From NCBI GenBank assembly GCA_951406725.2, contig OX597818.1, positions 55,862,001 to 55,926,000 on the forward strand: a DNA stretch of 64,000 nt, written 5' to 3'. Below, one piece after another: positions 25,240 to 36,993 of this stretch (position 1 is its first letter; every line of letters starts with the position of its first letter). This DNA comes from Octopus vulgaris. Its lineage: Eukaryota. The notes under the pieces were generated by a model. That model was not told the origin of the DNA. It was given only the letters and a program-made list of their open reading frames with translations, and searched no databases. The position numbers and the translations under genes were made by a program.

Positions 25240-26274
25240 AATATATTCAAAGGTGTTCACATGTTATCTGACGATGATCTATACTTTAGAACATGTTCCC
25301 ATTGAAAATATTAGAAAGCGGTTGAAAGTTGACATGCATAAATAACTTGGTGGACTTTTAGCACTCTGTTGATAGTTGCTGTTTCTTATTCAGTCTAAAT
25401 CAACTTTCCACAGGTACTATTGATACGAGCTTCTGTGCTAACTGTGACGTATACTGCAACAGTTTTTGTGACTTCAGCAGAACAACTACATCATGTATAG
25501 GAGTGAGGATCATAGGCAAATGACTGACACAAATGGATATATAACACTTAGCATGAACCAAAGTTGCTGATAAACATGGGTGTAGTAATTTGTGTGAAGT
25601 GACTTGTAAACTCTCTTCTCCTGCTAAGTCAATGCTCAGTCCAAGAGTGGACTTTTGAATTCTACATTGGCCCCATAGTCATATTAGGCCCAAAGAAATT
25701 AAGCATTCTCAACCTTAAAGGCTTGTTTACCAATGTGGGTCTGTATATGTGTGTGTGTATCTATAGGATTAGCTTTTGTTTTAAATATATATTGAAAACA
25801 TGAGTGAGGTCTTGTTTTATCATTTATATATATGCTTTTACATGTTTTCATTTGATTTCCTTGCAATTTCTTTGAAACAGGAAAGCTCTCGAGGTTTTCA
25901 TGTCAGCCAATGTGATGCTAGATGATTTCTTAAACCTGTTCTTTTTTGATGTAGTCTAAGTACCAGGTACTTTAAATGTTGCTGTAGCATGTATTTTCCT
26001 CTGCTTGTATCTTACTCTGTCTTTAAAGTGAGAGTCCTTGTCTTGCATACACACAAGAAGTATGTATGTTTGAATATATAATGAAGATTTTTGTATCTAT
26101 TTTAGTTTGTGGTGGTCCTTTCTTCTGTGTATCTCTCAGTATAAAACATAGTCCTTTATTGTAAGTTGTACAATATTTAGAATATCTCAAGTGATCAGCA
26201 TATACATCTATCAAGAAACTAAATCATAGAGAAGAAGGATAGTTATTAGAAGTGATAGGAGTTTACAATGGTAA

Positions 26275-26564
26275 TAGTTTACATTATTTACATTATTTAC
26301 ATTCAACAGATATTTGTCCTCATCTTGTTTATTGTTAACGCAACGTTTCGGCTGATATACCCTCCAGCCTTCATCAGGTGTCTTGGGGGAAATTTTAAAC
26401 CTGGAATCTCATCCCTAAGGTTTTTTTTTTCGATGTTGTTATTATTATTATTATTATTATTGTTCAGGTCACTGCTTGGAATCGAACTCTGAATCTTGGG
26501 GTTAGTAGCCTGCGCTCTTAACCACTACGCCATATGCCCATGGGCATATGGTGTAGTTTACATT
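26275..26564 (-). mobile_element. tRNA-headed element with hammerhead-bearing Penelope-like tail (family TH), copy 1
   Basis: Minus strand reads GGGCATATGGCGTAGTGGTTAAG (A box) ... GAGTTCGATTCC (B box), (AAT)n, HHR, (AATGTAAAT)n tail. It has an inverted head duplication and an 11-bp direct repeat TAGTTTACATT at both ends. Confidence 0.8.
26337..26382 (-). ncRNA. Minimal type-I hammerhead ribozyme-like motif
   Basis: GACAC CTGATGA a GGCTG-gagggtatat-CAGCC GAAA CGTT GCGTT: intact core, stem II, palindromic ACGU stem III, NUH=GUU. Stem I has one mismatch. Confidence 0.65.
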
Positions 26565-27415
26565 GGCAAGAATAAAGCTGGAAATAACTGAAGCTATATT
26601 TGTCATGTCATGAACTGGAAGAGACTTGTGTTTCATTGAACAGTAATCACTTCATTAGTCTTTATTTCAATAAAATTAATTGTACAAATGAATAAGTGAA
26701 TATAAAGTGCATATATGTGTTTTATACGTGCAAAATAATTCTCTCCAGAGCTAATGGTATTTATTTTATCATGCAATTTCAAATTAAAACCATTACCAAG
26801 TTAGAAGAAATAGATTATTATTTTTGTTATATTTTAGCTATTAGTCGAAGGAAAAGGATCAGGGCTCATTTTTAACTATTCCCTGTGATCATCATAGAGT
26901 ACGTGGTGGAATACACAACCATACATTCTCTAATGTTAACGACCAAGTAATACTTCCTATTACATAGTTGCTCTAGGAAATTGACAAATATATAGTATAA
27001 AAGAAGATATTTAAGAATTGAATGTTTACAATAAAAAAAAAAATATGCAATGTTCTTATCTGAAACTATCTTTAAGATGTTAATTTTTTTTTTAAATGAA
27101 AAATATTTTCAAAATACAGGATAGGAACTTATAAAAACATAGAATATAGAACAAAAGGTGGAATTTATTTTTAAAAAAAGTTTAAAACTAAGAAAATAAA
27201 AATGAGGAATTTTAAAAATTATAAAATATAAGTATATAAAAGTAAAAAAAATTATATGAATTTAGACAAATTATGAGAAAAAAATCTAAGGAAATAAGCA
27301 GAAGAAAATAGAAAAAAGAATTTGGTAGTTCGGTTTATTCTCCAGAGTCCTATTAGAGAATATAAAAACTTGCATGTAGAGTTAGTTAACATTTGTGTTT
27401 AATATAAGGTAATGA

Positions 27416-27830
27416 AAGGCAGTGAGCTGGCAGAGACATTAGCATGCCGGGCGAAGTGCTTAGCAGTATTTCATCTGTCTTTACATTGTGAGTTGAAATT
27501 CTCGCAAGGTCGACTTTGCCTTTCATCTTTTCAGGGGTTAATAAATTAAGTACCAGTTACACAGTGGGGTCGATCTAATCGACTGGCTCCCTCCCCCAAA
27601 ATTTCAGGCCTTGTGCCTTGAGTAGAAAAGAATATAAGGTAATGAGCCGGCAGAATCTTTAGCATCCTAGACTGAATGCATAGCAGCATTTCAGCTTCTT
27701 TACATTCTGAGTTCAAATTCTGCCATGGTTGACTTTGTCTTTCATCCTTTTGGGGTCGATGAATTAAGTACCAGTTGCGTACTAGGGTTGATGTAATTGA
27801 CTTCCCCACTCCTCAAAATTGTTGCCTTAT
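27416..27830 (+). mobile_element. SINE S2 inserted into the head of an older S2
   Basis: 15-bp direct repeat AATATAAGGTAATGA at 27401-27415 and 27631-27645. Confidence 0.85.
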
Positions 27831-27831
27831 A

Positions 27832-28215
27832 CGCAGGAGTGGCTGTGTGGTAAGTAGCTTGCTTACCAACCACATGGTTCTAGGTTCATTCCCACTGCGT
27901 GGCACCTTGGGCAAGTGTCTTTTACTATAGCCTCGGGCCGATCAATGCCTTCTGAATGGATTTGGTAGACGGAAACTGAAAGGAGCCCGTCGTATATATG
28001 TATATGTATATATGTATGTGTATATGTTTGCGTGTCTGTGTTTGTCCCCCAAACATCGCTTGACAACTGATGTTGGTGTGTTTACGTCCCCGTAACTTAG
28101 TAGTTCAGCAAAAGAACTGATAGAATAAGTACTAGGCTTACAAAGAATAAGTCCTGGGGTCAATGTGCTCGACTAAAGGCAGTGCTCCAGCAACTGCAAA
28201 ACAAGTGAAAGAGTA
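27832..28215 (+). mobile_element. SINE S1, near full length
   Basis: Complete head GCAGGAGTGGCTGTGTGGTAAG through to the tail. Confidence 0.9.
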
Positions 28216-28979
28216 TACCAAAATAAGAAAAGGATATTTGTGTTTAATTTACAAACAGAAATCTACAGCCAAGACACACCAAGCTTGCTTTGTAGTAATT
28301 TCTTTCTTTCAATGACAATCAACAATTGCAAATAAACCTCTTTAAACAATGAGGTGTTTGTGTATTGGAATTTACCTACACTTGCAGGTAGTGTAATGGA
28401 GGAGTTGCAGTCAACATTGACACTGCAAAATGAACCAAATCATCTGCTTTGGATCAGCCGGATATTCCTAAATGATGGAATATCAGTTGTCTTGCGATAT
28501 CAGCTGAAGTAGAACATGTTGAGGTAATTTGTGAAATCTGGATGATATTAATCAGCATCTACTATAATAATACTCTTGTGTTTTTCTCCATCACAACATA
28601 TGAATGAGAAAGGAAGGGGTGATAGATGAATAAGGAAGGAAGGGGTGATGGCAAACTGGTAGTGGCAGTGTTTCAACTCTGTGTGTGTGTAAAAGGGAGA
28701 TATGTGAATGATTGTGTGTGTGTGTATGTAAAAGGGAGATATGTGAATGTTTGTGTGTGTGCAATGGAAGTGGAATGGTGAACATTCAATGCTGAAAAGA
28801 AAAATCAAACAGTGTTTCAACTCTGTGTGAATATATGTATGTCCATGTACAAGGGAAGTCTGTGAATGTTTGTATATGTGAACTAGTGTTCTTTTAGTAA
28901 CAAATATCTCAAAAGACAACCACTCGATAACATTGACAAGTGTATTAATTTGATTTACCATCCATATTTATATATAAAA

Positions 28980-29331
28980 CTAGCACTATGACCCTGCGTT
29001 GCCGAGTCATAGTGCATGCATGCGTGCACACATACACGCGAGTACTGTCCAAATCTCTGACCAAACACATACAGCTAGCTGGCATTCAATTGGCGTATCA
29101 AGTTTCGGGCATTTTGATTGGGTTTTGGATAGAAAATTCACAAAAAAGTCACTTCTATTGATTTTTTTCAATGGCTTTGCAGGGTAACTGGGGAAATGTA
29201 AAGATGTGCATGACCACCCTTGGACAGTTTTGAAGGACCATAGAAAGTGCGAGCCCTCTAACTGAAAAATTGTGGATTTGTATAAAGGATACACACACAC
29301 ACAGATATTTTGCTGTTTATATATATAGAGA
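28980..29331 (-). mobile_element. Non-autonomous Helitron
   Basis: Minus strand starts with TC (TCTCTATATATATAAA) and ends with the hairpin GCACTATGAC...GTCATAGTGC plus CTAG. Inserted between A and T with no TSD. Confidence 0.75.
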
Positions 29332-30049
29332 TGCTACAATTATCTATCATTTTTGACAGCAGAGGGCAGTTAGTAGAATAATATTGTTGCATGAATATTG
29401 AAAAAGTATGTCCTTCACATTGGAAATCTTCATAAAAATTTCATCATCATCATTTAGCTCCCATGTTCCATTCTGGCATTGATTGGATTTATAATCTTTT
29501 ATCTCTTGTTTCAGTCATTGAACTGCTGCCATGTTGGGGAATAGCCTAGAAGGGTTTGACCCAAGTACTTATTGAAGTCTAGTGCTTATTCTGTCAGTAC
29601 TCTTCTGTCACTTTTAGATGTAAAGTTGGTCTTTTTTTTCAGCTACAATAGCTTTTTGTGTTGAGTTTGTCTATGTATGTATACATGAGTTTGAGGTTGT
29701 GTGTGAAGACGTGGATGTGTTGGTTATATTTACAACTATATAACCTTCTTTACAGTCAATCGACAGTCAGTATAAGATACGCTGTGAAGAGCAGGAAAAA
29801 CTGAGCATCTATGTTTAGCAAGTGCAAAAGGTTGCTCATGAGCAGCAGCAGTTCCTCACAAAATGCCTCATGGAGGCAGGCAGAGGAACAAAAGGGAATT
29901 GGAAAGAAAATGACAGAATTCTTTGGTTATAGTAATTCTTCATCAATAGGAACATTCATCAAATCAGTAGAATCACTGGAGTGTAAAGAATTCACATTAT
30001 TTGGAATAAGGCATCGGCAAAGCAATTACTAGAACTTTTGATATAATCC

Positions 30050-30320
30050 TTTCTGCTATAGGCACAAGGCCAGTGTTTTACTGGTACTTAATTTATCGAC
30101 CCCAAAAGGATGAATGGTAAAATCAACTTCAACAAAATTTGAACTCAGAACATAGCACCAGCAAAATACCTATTTCTTTACTACCCTCAAGGGGCTAGAC
30201 ACAGAGAGGACAAACAAGGACAGAGAAACGGATAAAGTCAATTATATCGACCCCAGTGCGTAACTGGTACTTATTTAATCGACCCCAAAAGGATGAAAGG
30301 CATAGTTGACCAGGGGTAAA
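30050..30320 (-). mobile_element. Rearranged or nested SINE S2 fragments
   Basis: Two reverse S2 cores (actggtactta...cgaccccaaaaggatgaa). Confidence 0.75.
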
Positions 30321-30369
30321 AATTGTGAAGTGAAAATGTCTTAACCATTTGGCTGTACTGTGCCTATGT

Positions 30370-30738
30370 GGAGGCACAATGGGCTAGTGGTTAGGGCAGC
30401 AAACTTGTGGTCGTAGGATCATGGTTTCAATTCCCAGACTGGGCATTGTGAATGCTTATTGAGCGAAAACACCTGAAGCTCCATGAGACTCTGGCAGAGT
30501 GTGGTAGCGAACCCTACTGCATTCTTCACCACAACTTTCTCTCACTCTTTCTTCTTGTTTCTGTTGTACTTGTATTTCAAAGGACTCTCTGTGTCATGCT
30601 GAATCTCCCTGATAACTACGTTAAGAGTACACGTGTCTGTGGAGTGCTCAGCCACTTGCGTGTTACTTTCACAAGTAGGCTGTTCCATTGATTAAATCAA
30701 CTGAACCTTTTGTCTGTCGTAACCAACAGAGTGCCACG
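30370..30738 (+). mobile_element. tRNA-derived SINE (another family)
   Basis: GGAGGCACAATGGGCTAGTGGTTAGG A box, GGTTTCAATTCCC B box, TTGAGCGAAAACACCT central motif. Confidence 0.7.
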
Positions 30739-32129
30739 GTTGTGCCTACACACACACACATGCAGATATACATACATACATGCATACATACATGTAAAGA
30801 TACATACATGTAAAGATACATACATGCTCAACTAGCTTCTCTACAGTTTCCATTTACTAAATTCTACTCATAAAGTGTTAGTCAACATGCCCAAGGTGCA
30901 GCAAGTGGGATTAACCACACAGCCATGCCTAAACCCATACACAGATATCTTTGTGTCTATTTCTTACTACAAAGAGTTTTATAGGACCACATTTCCCAAT
31001 GAGTCCTTTGCTTTTTGTTAAGAAACGGTGTGCTGTTTCTAGCATTTTGAGTGACCAAGTAGTGGTTTTCTTCTTGGCTCATTTGTTTGTGAGTGAGTGA
31101 GTGACCGACCAACCAATCAACCAAGTAAGTAGTGCCTCAACTCATAGACCAGTTTTTATGGTATATAAGTATCTGAGATGGCCACATTATTCCTGAATGG
31201 GACACCAGTGCATTACAGGTTTACTCCAGCAACATGAGATGGGGATATTTTTCTCAAGAACATAACATACTGCCCTGTCTGGGAATTGAAACCATCACCT
31301 TGAAATCGTAAATGCAAGGGGTCATTTGATGGTGAAATGAGTCTGAATCTCTTTCCCTATCTTTCTCTCTCTCTCCCTTTCTCTCTCTCTCTCTCTCTCT
31401 CCCTTTCTCTCTCTCCCCCTTTCTCTCTCTCTCTTCCTTTCTCTCTCTCTCTCTCTTACACACAAACAAACACACACAAACAGATACATACAAACCTAAA
31501 CCTATTAGATTGCATTGATATATCAATAGTTCAGAGTTGAGTGAAAAGTAATTATGAAGAGTCTTAAAAGAATTATCCTTATCGTTTATTTATTTCAATC
31601 ATAAGACTGTGGCCAAGCTGGGGCACCACCTTGAAGAATTTTAACTGAATAAATCAACCTCAGCACTTTATTTTTAAGAGCCTGGTATTTGTTCTATCAG
31701 TGTTTCTTGTGTCGAACTACTAAGTCACAGGGATGTAAACAAACAAACACCAGTTGTCAAGCAATGATGAAGAACAAGCACTCACACACACACACATGAA
31801 TTTATATATATATTGTGAGCAGAGGCAAGCTACTGCCATCTCTAGCAGATGAGCTGTCCATTACTGTAGGGAGAAATAGCCTGGAACCAGGCTGATCTGC
31901 TGGTCCCGTCACTAGAAGGTGGTAGGGGTTCGATCCCCTGCTTGCAAAATATCAGATACAGCTGTGCATCGTTAATCAGCTGGAGGGGATGTCCTCCTGG
32001 GGTTACAAAATTGCAGTAAATTCCACTCGAACTGAACAGCCATGTTGAAATGGCTAGAAACATTACCTATATATTGACCGCTAGCTCCAAAAGATATTTC
32101 ATTCTCTCTCCGTTTATTTCCTCGTGTTC

Positions 32130-32165
32130 CTTTCTGTTGAAGAGCGTAGCCTCAGAACGTAAAAG
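32130..32165 (+). ncRNA. Degenerate hammerhead-like motif
   Basis: CTTT CTGTTGA a GAGC gtag CCTC AGAA CGTA AAAG. Stem I CTTT/AAAG is intact and the core is mutated. Confidence 0.45.
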
Positions 32166-32251
32166 ATTTTCTCACCTCTCAAGCGTTAAACAAATACACC
32201 TGTTTGTTGTTTATACACCTGTCTTCGTCTTTTGTTTTTCTGTAAATTTTA

Positions 32252-32295
<44 letters not shown>

Positions 32296-32383
32296 ATCCA
32301 AACAAGAAAGCACAAAAAAAAACACAACAACGCGAGGACGTGGAACAAATATAGTATTATTGGACGCTCAGGAAAGAAGGAGG

Positions 32384-32418
32384 GTTTAACGTTTCGAGCG
32401 GAGCTCTTCGTCGGAAAC
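32384..32418 (-). ncRNA. Minimal hammerhead-like motif (U4C variant)
   Basis: GTTT CCGACGA a GAGC tcc GCTC GAAA CGTT AAAC, with perfect stems I and II and palindromic ACGU. Confidence 0.55.
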
Positions 32419-33159
32419 ATATGAGAAGGAAATATCCAGAGAAGGGAAGACAGAAGGAAAAAAATCGCCAACAGCACACACAAGGTCACACTGGGCTTCT
32501 TTCAGTTTCCAGCTTCCAAATCCACTCGAGGTTTTAGTCAGCCTGAGACTATAGGAGAAACACACTTGCCCAACGTTCCACACTGTGAGATTGAACATAG
32601 AACCACACAGTTGGGAAGCTGATACTTTTTAGTACACAACCACGCCTGTACCGAATTGTTAATGATTTGAAAAATTATTTAAGATCAGGCACAGGAACGA
32701 ATGACCACATTTAAGAAAAATAGATGTAAATGTGTGTGTGTGAGAGAGAGTGTATGTGTTCATGTGTGTGTGTGTGTGTGTATGAGTGAGTGCTGGAATG
32801 TTTAATATTTTCAACTGAAGTTTTTAGTTTACAACCACTGTAATGTGTTTTAATATGCCACCCACGTAAAGCAGGTAGTGTGCTGTATCAGTGGAAAATC
32901 TCACTTGATGCCACATACTAGGGTGGTGACTGAAATGCGATACATCATTATTCCTCGATTCTAATGTCTTTGCTCAAGTAGAGTTTCCTTTTTCTTTTAT
33001 TTCTGGTAAAATAAAATGACTCCTGTGCATTCAGTTGTTTCTTATTTGCTGGCCTCCGATTGTCAACAGTACTACCGAAAAGCCATTCATGTAAAAGGAC
33101 CAATGTTTTTAAAGTGAACAGTGTGTCTCCTCCCCCTCCTCCTCCTCCTACTACTACTG

Positions 33160-33196
<37 letters not shown>

Positions 33197-33254
33197 AGCA
33201 TGTGGGTTTTGATAAACATTGAAGTTTCTTGTTATGCCCACGCCGACACAACAT

Positions 33255-33788
33255 ACATATATATTATCATATTTATGTATATATGTTTATATATATATGA
33301 ATATGTATATGTATACACATAGGTGTGGGTGTATTTGTGCATACAATGTATGTGCGTGTGTATATATACTTGTGTATGTGTGTGTATATATACTTGTGTG
33401 TGTGCATATATACAATGTATATGTGTTTGTATATATACTTGTATGTGTCTACAATGTATATGTGTTTGTATATACACTTGTATGTGTCTACAATGTATAT
33501 GTGTGCATGTATATATATATGTGTGTGTGTGTATATACAATGTATATGTGTGTTTATATACTTATGTATATATATGTGTGCACATAAGTATACATACGTA
33601 TATATGTGTCTATGTGTGTGCATGTGTATTTATATGTAGATATGTGTGTCTATATATATATATACACACACACACATGCGCATGTGCACATATATACATG
33701 TGTACATATGTATATATTCATATGCATGTGTGTATGTATATAGACATGTGCTTGTGCATGTATGTCTGTATATGTGAGTGAGTGCACA

Positions 33789-33833
<45 letters not shown>
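33255..33833. repeat. Degenerate TG/TA low-complexity array with a ~39-bp higher-order unit
   Basis: Repeats of tacaatgtatatgtgtttgtatatatacttgtatgtgtc, ending in (GT)n. Confidence 0.9.
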
Positions 33834-33840
<7 letters not shown>

Positions 33841-35379
33841 TGGGCAAAGCTGTTCCGTCTGTAGCACTAATGTTATCTCTTTACAGAAACCATTATTTGT
33901 CCTCAATCCATTTTCCATCTGACTTGTCAGATATTGCATAGTAAAATGATAGGACGACTAATTTGCATCTTCTAAGCCATGACCTCAAACAAATTGCACT
34001 TGAACAAACTGTCAGAATTAACCCAGAAGTTCCAGCCTACAATGCTGATAAAAATAGTCGGTGCAATATTTCAAAATTCTTCAATTTATTTTGGATTTTT
34101 TTTTCTCTCTCTCTCTCTTCTAATCTTTTAAAGTATTTAAACCATCTTTATTGCACACGTCCATACACACACACTCACCCACATGCACTCTCATACATAT
34201 GAAAGGGGTTTCTACTTTTAAAGAATATCTATAACACTGCCAATCTTTAAACTTACATCTGTTTTGCATTAAAATATTGTCTTCAGGTAATTTGAAACTA
34301 ACTATGTATAATGTATGCTTTACATTATTCCATTATTAGAAAGACTAAGGGACAAAATGTTGAAACAAGCTATGCTTGGTCACCACTAAATTCCCTACAG
34401 TCACTCTTATAGGATAAAACTATTTGATTTAGCATGCAAAACTTCTGTTTTTGTCAAAGTTGAAACTTTAAAGTTAGAAATCTGCTGCTTTGTTTTAGAA
34501 TTTTTAGTTAATCTAATTTCCTTCTTGTACTGCAAATCCCTGTGGCTGATTTTATATTTTGCCCATGTATTTGTAAAACATAATTGACATGAAAATGTTT
34601 TCTCCTTCAAAGGGATTATTTCATTAGTGGATTTTTGTTTCTTGCTTCTTTCTTTCTTTTTTTTTTAAATATTTTTCATAATAATTACTTTCACACTAAT
34701 TTCTAAAGTCATTTACAGCACATCCTTTATCAGGCTGCAAGAAACATTAAAAAAAAAATTGTTTTGGCATTTAAAAAATAAGGACATTAAGAATGGTGAC
34801 GATAATGATGATGATTATGAAGGTGATAAAAAAAATACTTCACATTTATTGGTTTAGTTTCGGCGTAAAATACTTCAGGTTCAAATTAGAATGAATTGTT
34901 GTGAGATAAAAGAGAATTTTCAGTATATTGGGCAGGCCCCATCATTGGATTGAGAAGAAATATATACAACCATGACCCAAAACATTAGTTTTTTTTTTTT
35001 CCTTATGGCAAAATAATTTATTATACTTTGAACTTTCTGCACTTAATATTGGCCAATATTTTCTACAATTCTACAGTTTCATGATAATTCACTTCGGAAT
35101 TTCAATTCTCATTTTTCTTAGTTCTGACATTGGCATCAAAAGTGATTCCCTCGACATACAAAAGGTGGTTTCCATCATTTGAACAGTGTTTTTCAGTACA
35201 GCCCATTTCAGCTGATTTGCTATATAGATTATCTAAGTTTTAAGCTGTGACATAAGTTAGTTTCTGTCAAAGATTTCTGACAAATAAACCATGGATTTTG
35301 CCAGTTTAGCATTTTCCCTTTTCTAAAATTTTTTGGTTTGTCACAAAAGGGGAGACCTCAAACTTTAGAAAATAACTGG

Positions 35380-36110
35380 GTATGTTGGAATAGTTAATGT
35401 CCAATATAGGTTTGTTTGTTTGTGTGTTTTATTCTCTGAACTCACCTAACCACCATCAGTTGTTTTACTATTTCTCATTGTACATTGAAGATATTTTTCT
35501 CATCTCTACTCTCTCTGAAGTCATCATCCTGTGTAACTTCAATGCCCATAACTCCTTTTGGTTCTCAGACTCCCTGAACATTGTTGGTGCAGGACTTGCT
35601 ATACTAAACCACTCAATATCTCTGACTACTGACTTTACAACTATTTTATGCCTCTTTCATAACCCAAAATCAACATTTTTACCATCACTTTGTCTCTTCC
35701 CTCATATTATTTAACCCTTTTATTACCATATTTCTGTTGAGATGCTTTGTGTTTCTTTCAATTACTTTAAATATAACAAAGAATTTAATAAAATAACTTC
35801 GTTATCATTAAGCTAGTGTTAGGAACATAAATTGTGACTAAGGTTTGGTGGAAGATTTTAATTCAGAACTTTTGGAAACAAGACATTTGTACTACAGAGC
35901 CAGAGCTGGTTTCAGCTGGGTTGGTAACGAAAGGGCTAAACTCTACCTAAACAAGACAGCCCATCTCAACCCTTCCTGCCACACAACAATATCTGTTCTC
36001 TGAACTCTCTTTTCTAATTTAAGCCTGGTGACTGGCTGAGAATTCACCAGTTCTACAGTGGCTACTTCTTATAACAAATGTGCTTTATTTACTCTGACCC
36101 ATCTGAGACA
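35380..36110 (+). mobile_element. LINE APE-endonuclease relic (CR1/Jockey group) interrupted by MITE A
   Basis: FVCVFYSLNS..HHQLFYYFS...EVIILCNFNAHNSFW resembles the Y.SPN...ILGDFNAH..W motif. Confidence 0.6.
35711..35939. mobile_element. TTAA MITE family A
   Basis: TTAA CCCTTTTATTACC ... GGTAACGAAAGGG CTAA. Confidence 0.85.
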
Positions 36111-36227
36111 ACTAAGGCTTACAAAGAATAAGTCCTGGGATTGATTTGTTCAACTAAAGGTGATACTCCAGCATAGCCGCAGTAAAATGACTGAAACAAA
36201 TAATATATATATATATATATATATATA

Positions 36228-36417
36228 TCATCATCATCATCATCATCGTTTAACGTCCGTTCTCCATGCTAGCATGGGTTGGACGGTTCGACCAGGGATC
36301 TGGGAAGCCAGAAGGCTGCACCAGGCTCCAGTCTGATCTGGCAGTGTTTCTACAGCTGGATGCCCTTCCTTATGCCAACCACTCTGTAGTGGGTGCTTTT
36401 TACGTGCCACCTGCACA
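36228..36417 (-). mobile_element. S3 retroposon 3' end
   Basis: (CAT)n CGTTTAACGTCCG...CCATGCTAGCATGGGTTGG. Confidence 0.85.
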
Positions 36418-36744
36418 TTAGAAAAAGAAATTACTTTTTTTTTTAATTAAATGAAGTGGAGGGGAAATAGATTGCTAAAACAAGAAAGAAGCGAGGTGCC
36501 TTCATGGTTGATGGATTCAAGAAGTCTTCGATGTGGCCAGGTGGAAAATGGTGTATTGCAAGGAATTATTCTGCTTGTTTTAATACAGGGTCATTCAAAA
36601 GTCGCCATACATAAGAACAATATATTTTTTTATACTCTTTTACTTGTTTCAGTCATTTGACTGTGGCCATGCTGGAGCAACGCCTTTAGTCGAGCAAATT
36701 GACCCCAGGACTTATTCTTTGTAAGCCTACTACTTATTATATCA

Positions 36745-36788
<44 letters not shown>

Positions 36789-36993
36789 CAATTAAAGAAA
36801 ATTTCCTGTTGAATATTAAAATTGAAAATTGCTTTGATTATTTTGAAGCTTTCTTGTCACTATCAATTAATCATTTATTAGTGTCCCTGTAGTAAATTTC
36901 TTTATTAAGCTCTCCATCAGGTCAAAAAAGTGGAAAGATTGCTAAAAGAATAGTTTGTTATGATAAATGATAATTACAATATTTTACAGTGTT

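Larger units (their letters stand above)
31585..32650 (-). mobile_element. SINE S1 split at its internal microsatellite by a ~700 bp composite insertion (31800-32490)
   Basis: The S1 3' half at 31585-31796 and the 5' half at 32490-32650 are collinear on the minus strand. Confidence 0.75.

Noticed and set aside
25413-25503. Cys-rich candidate exon GTIDTSFCANCDVYCNSFCDFSRTTTSCIG
   Set aside because: Weak splice context and no recognised domain spacing. It may be chance.
29756-30032. ORF-like block after tttacag
   Set aside because: In-frame stop in the acceptor-defined frame, no donor and no recognisable homology.
33219-33847. Many long overlapping ORFs (also 12033-12503, 42094-42580, 50191-50595)
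   Set aside because: These are translations of TA/TG/CA microsatellites (YIYI, CVCV, HTHT), not proteins.
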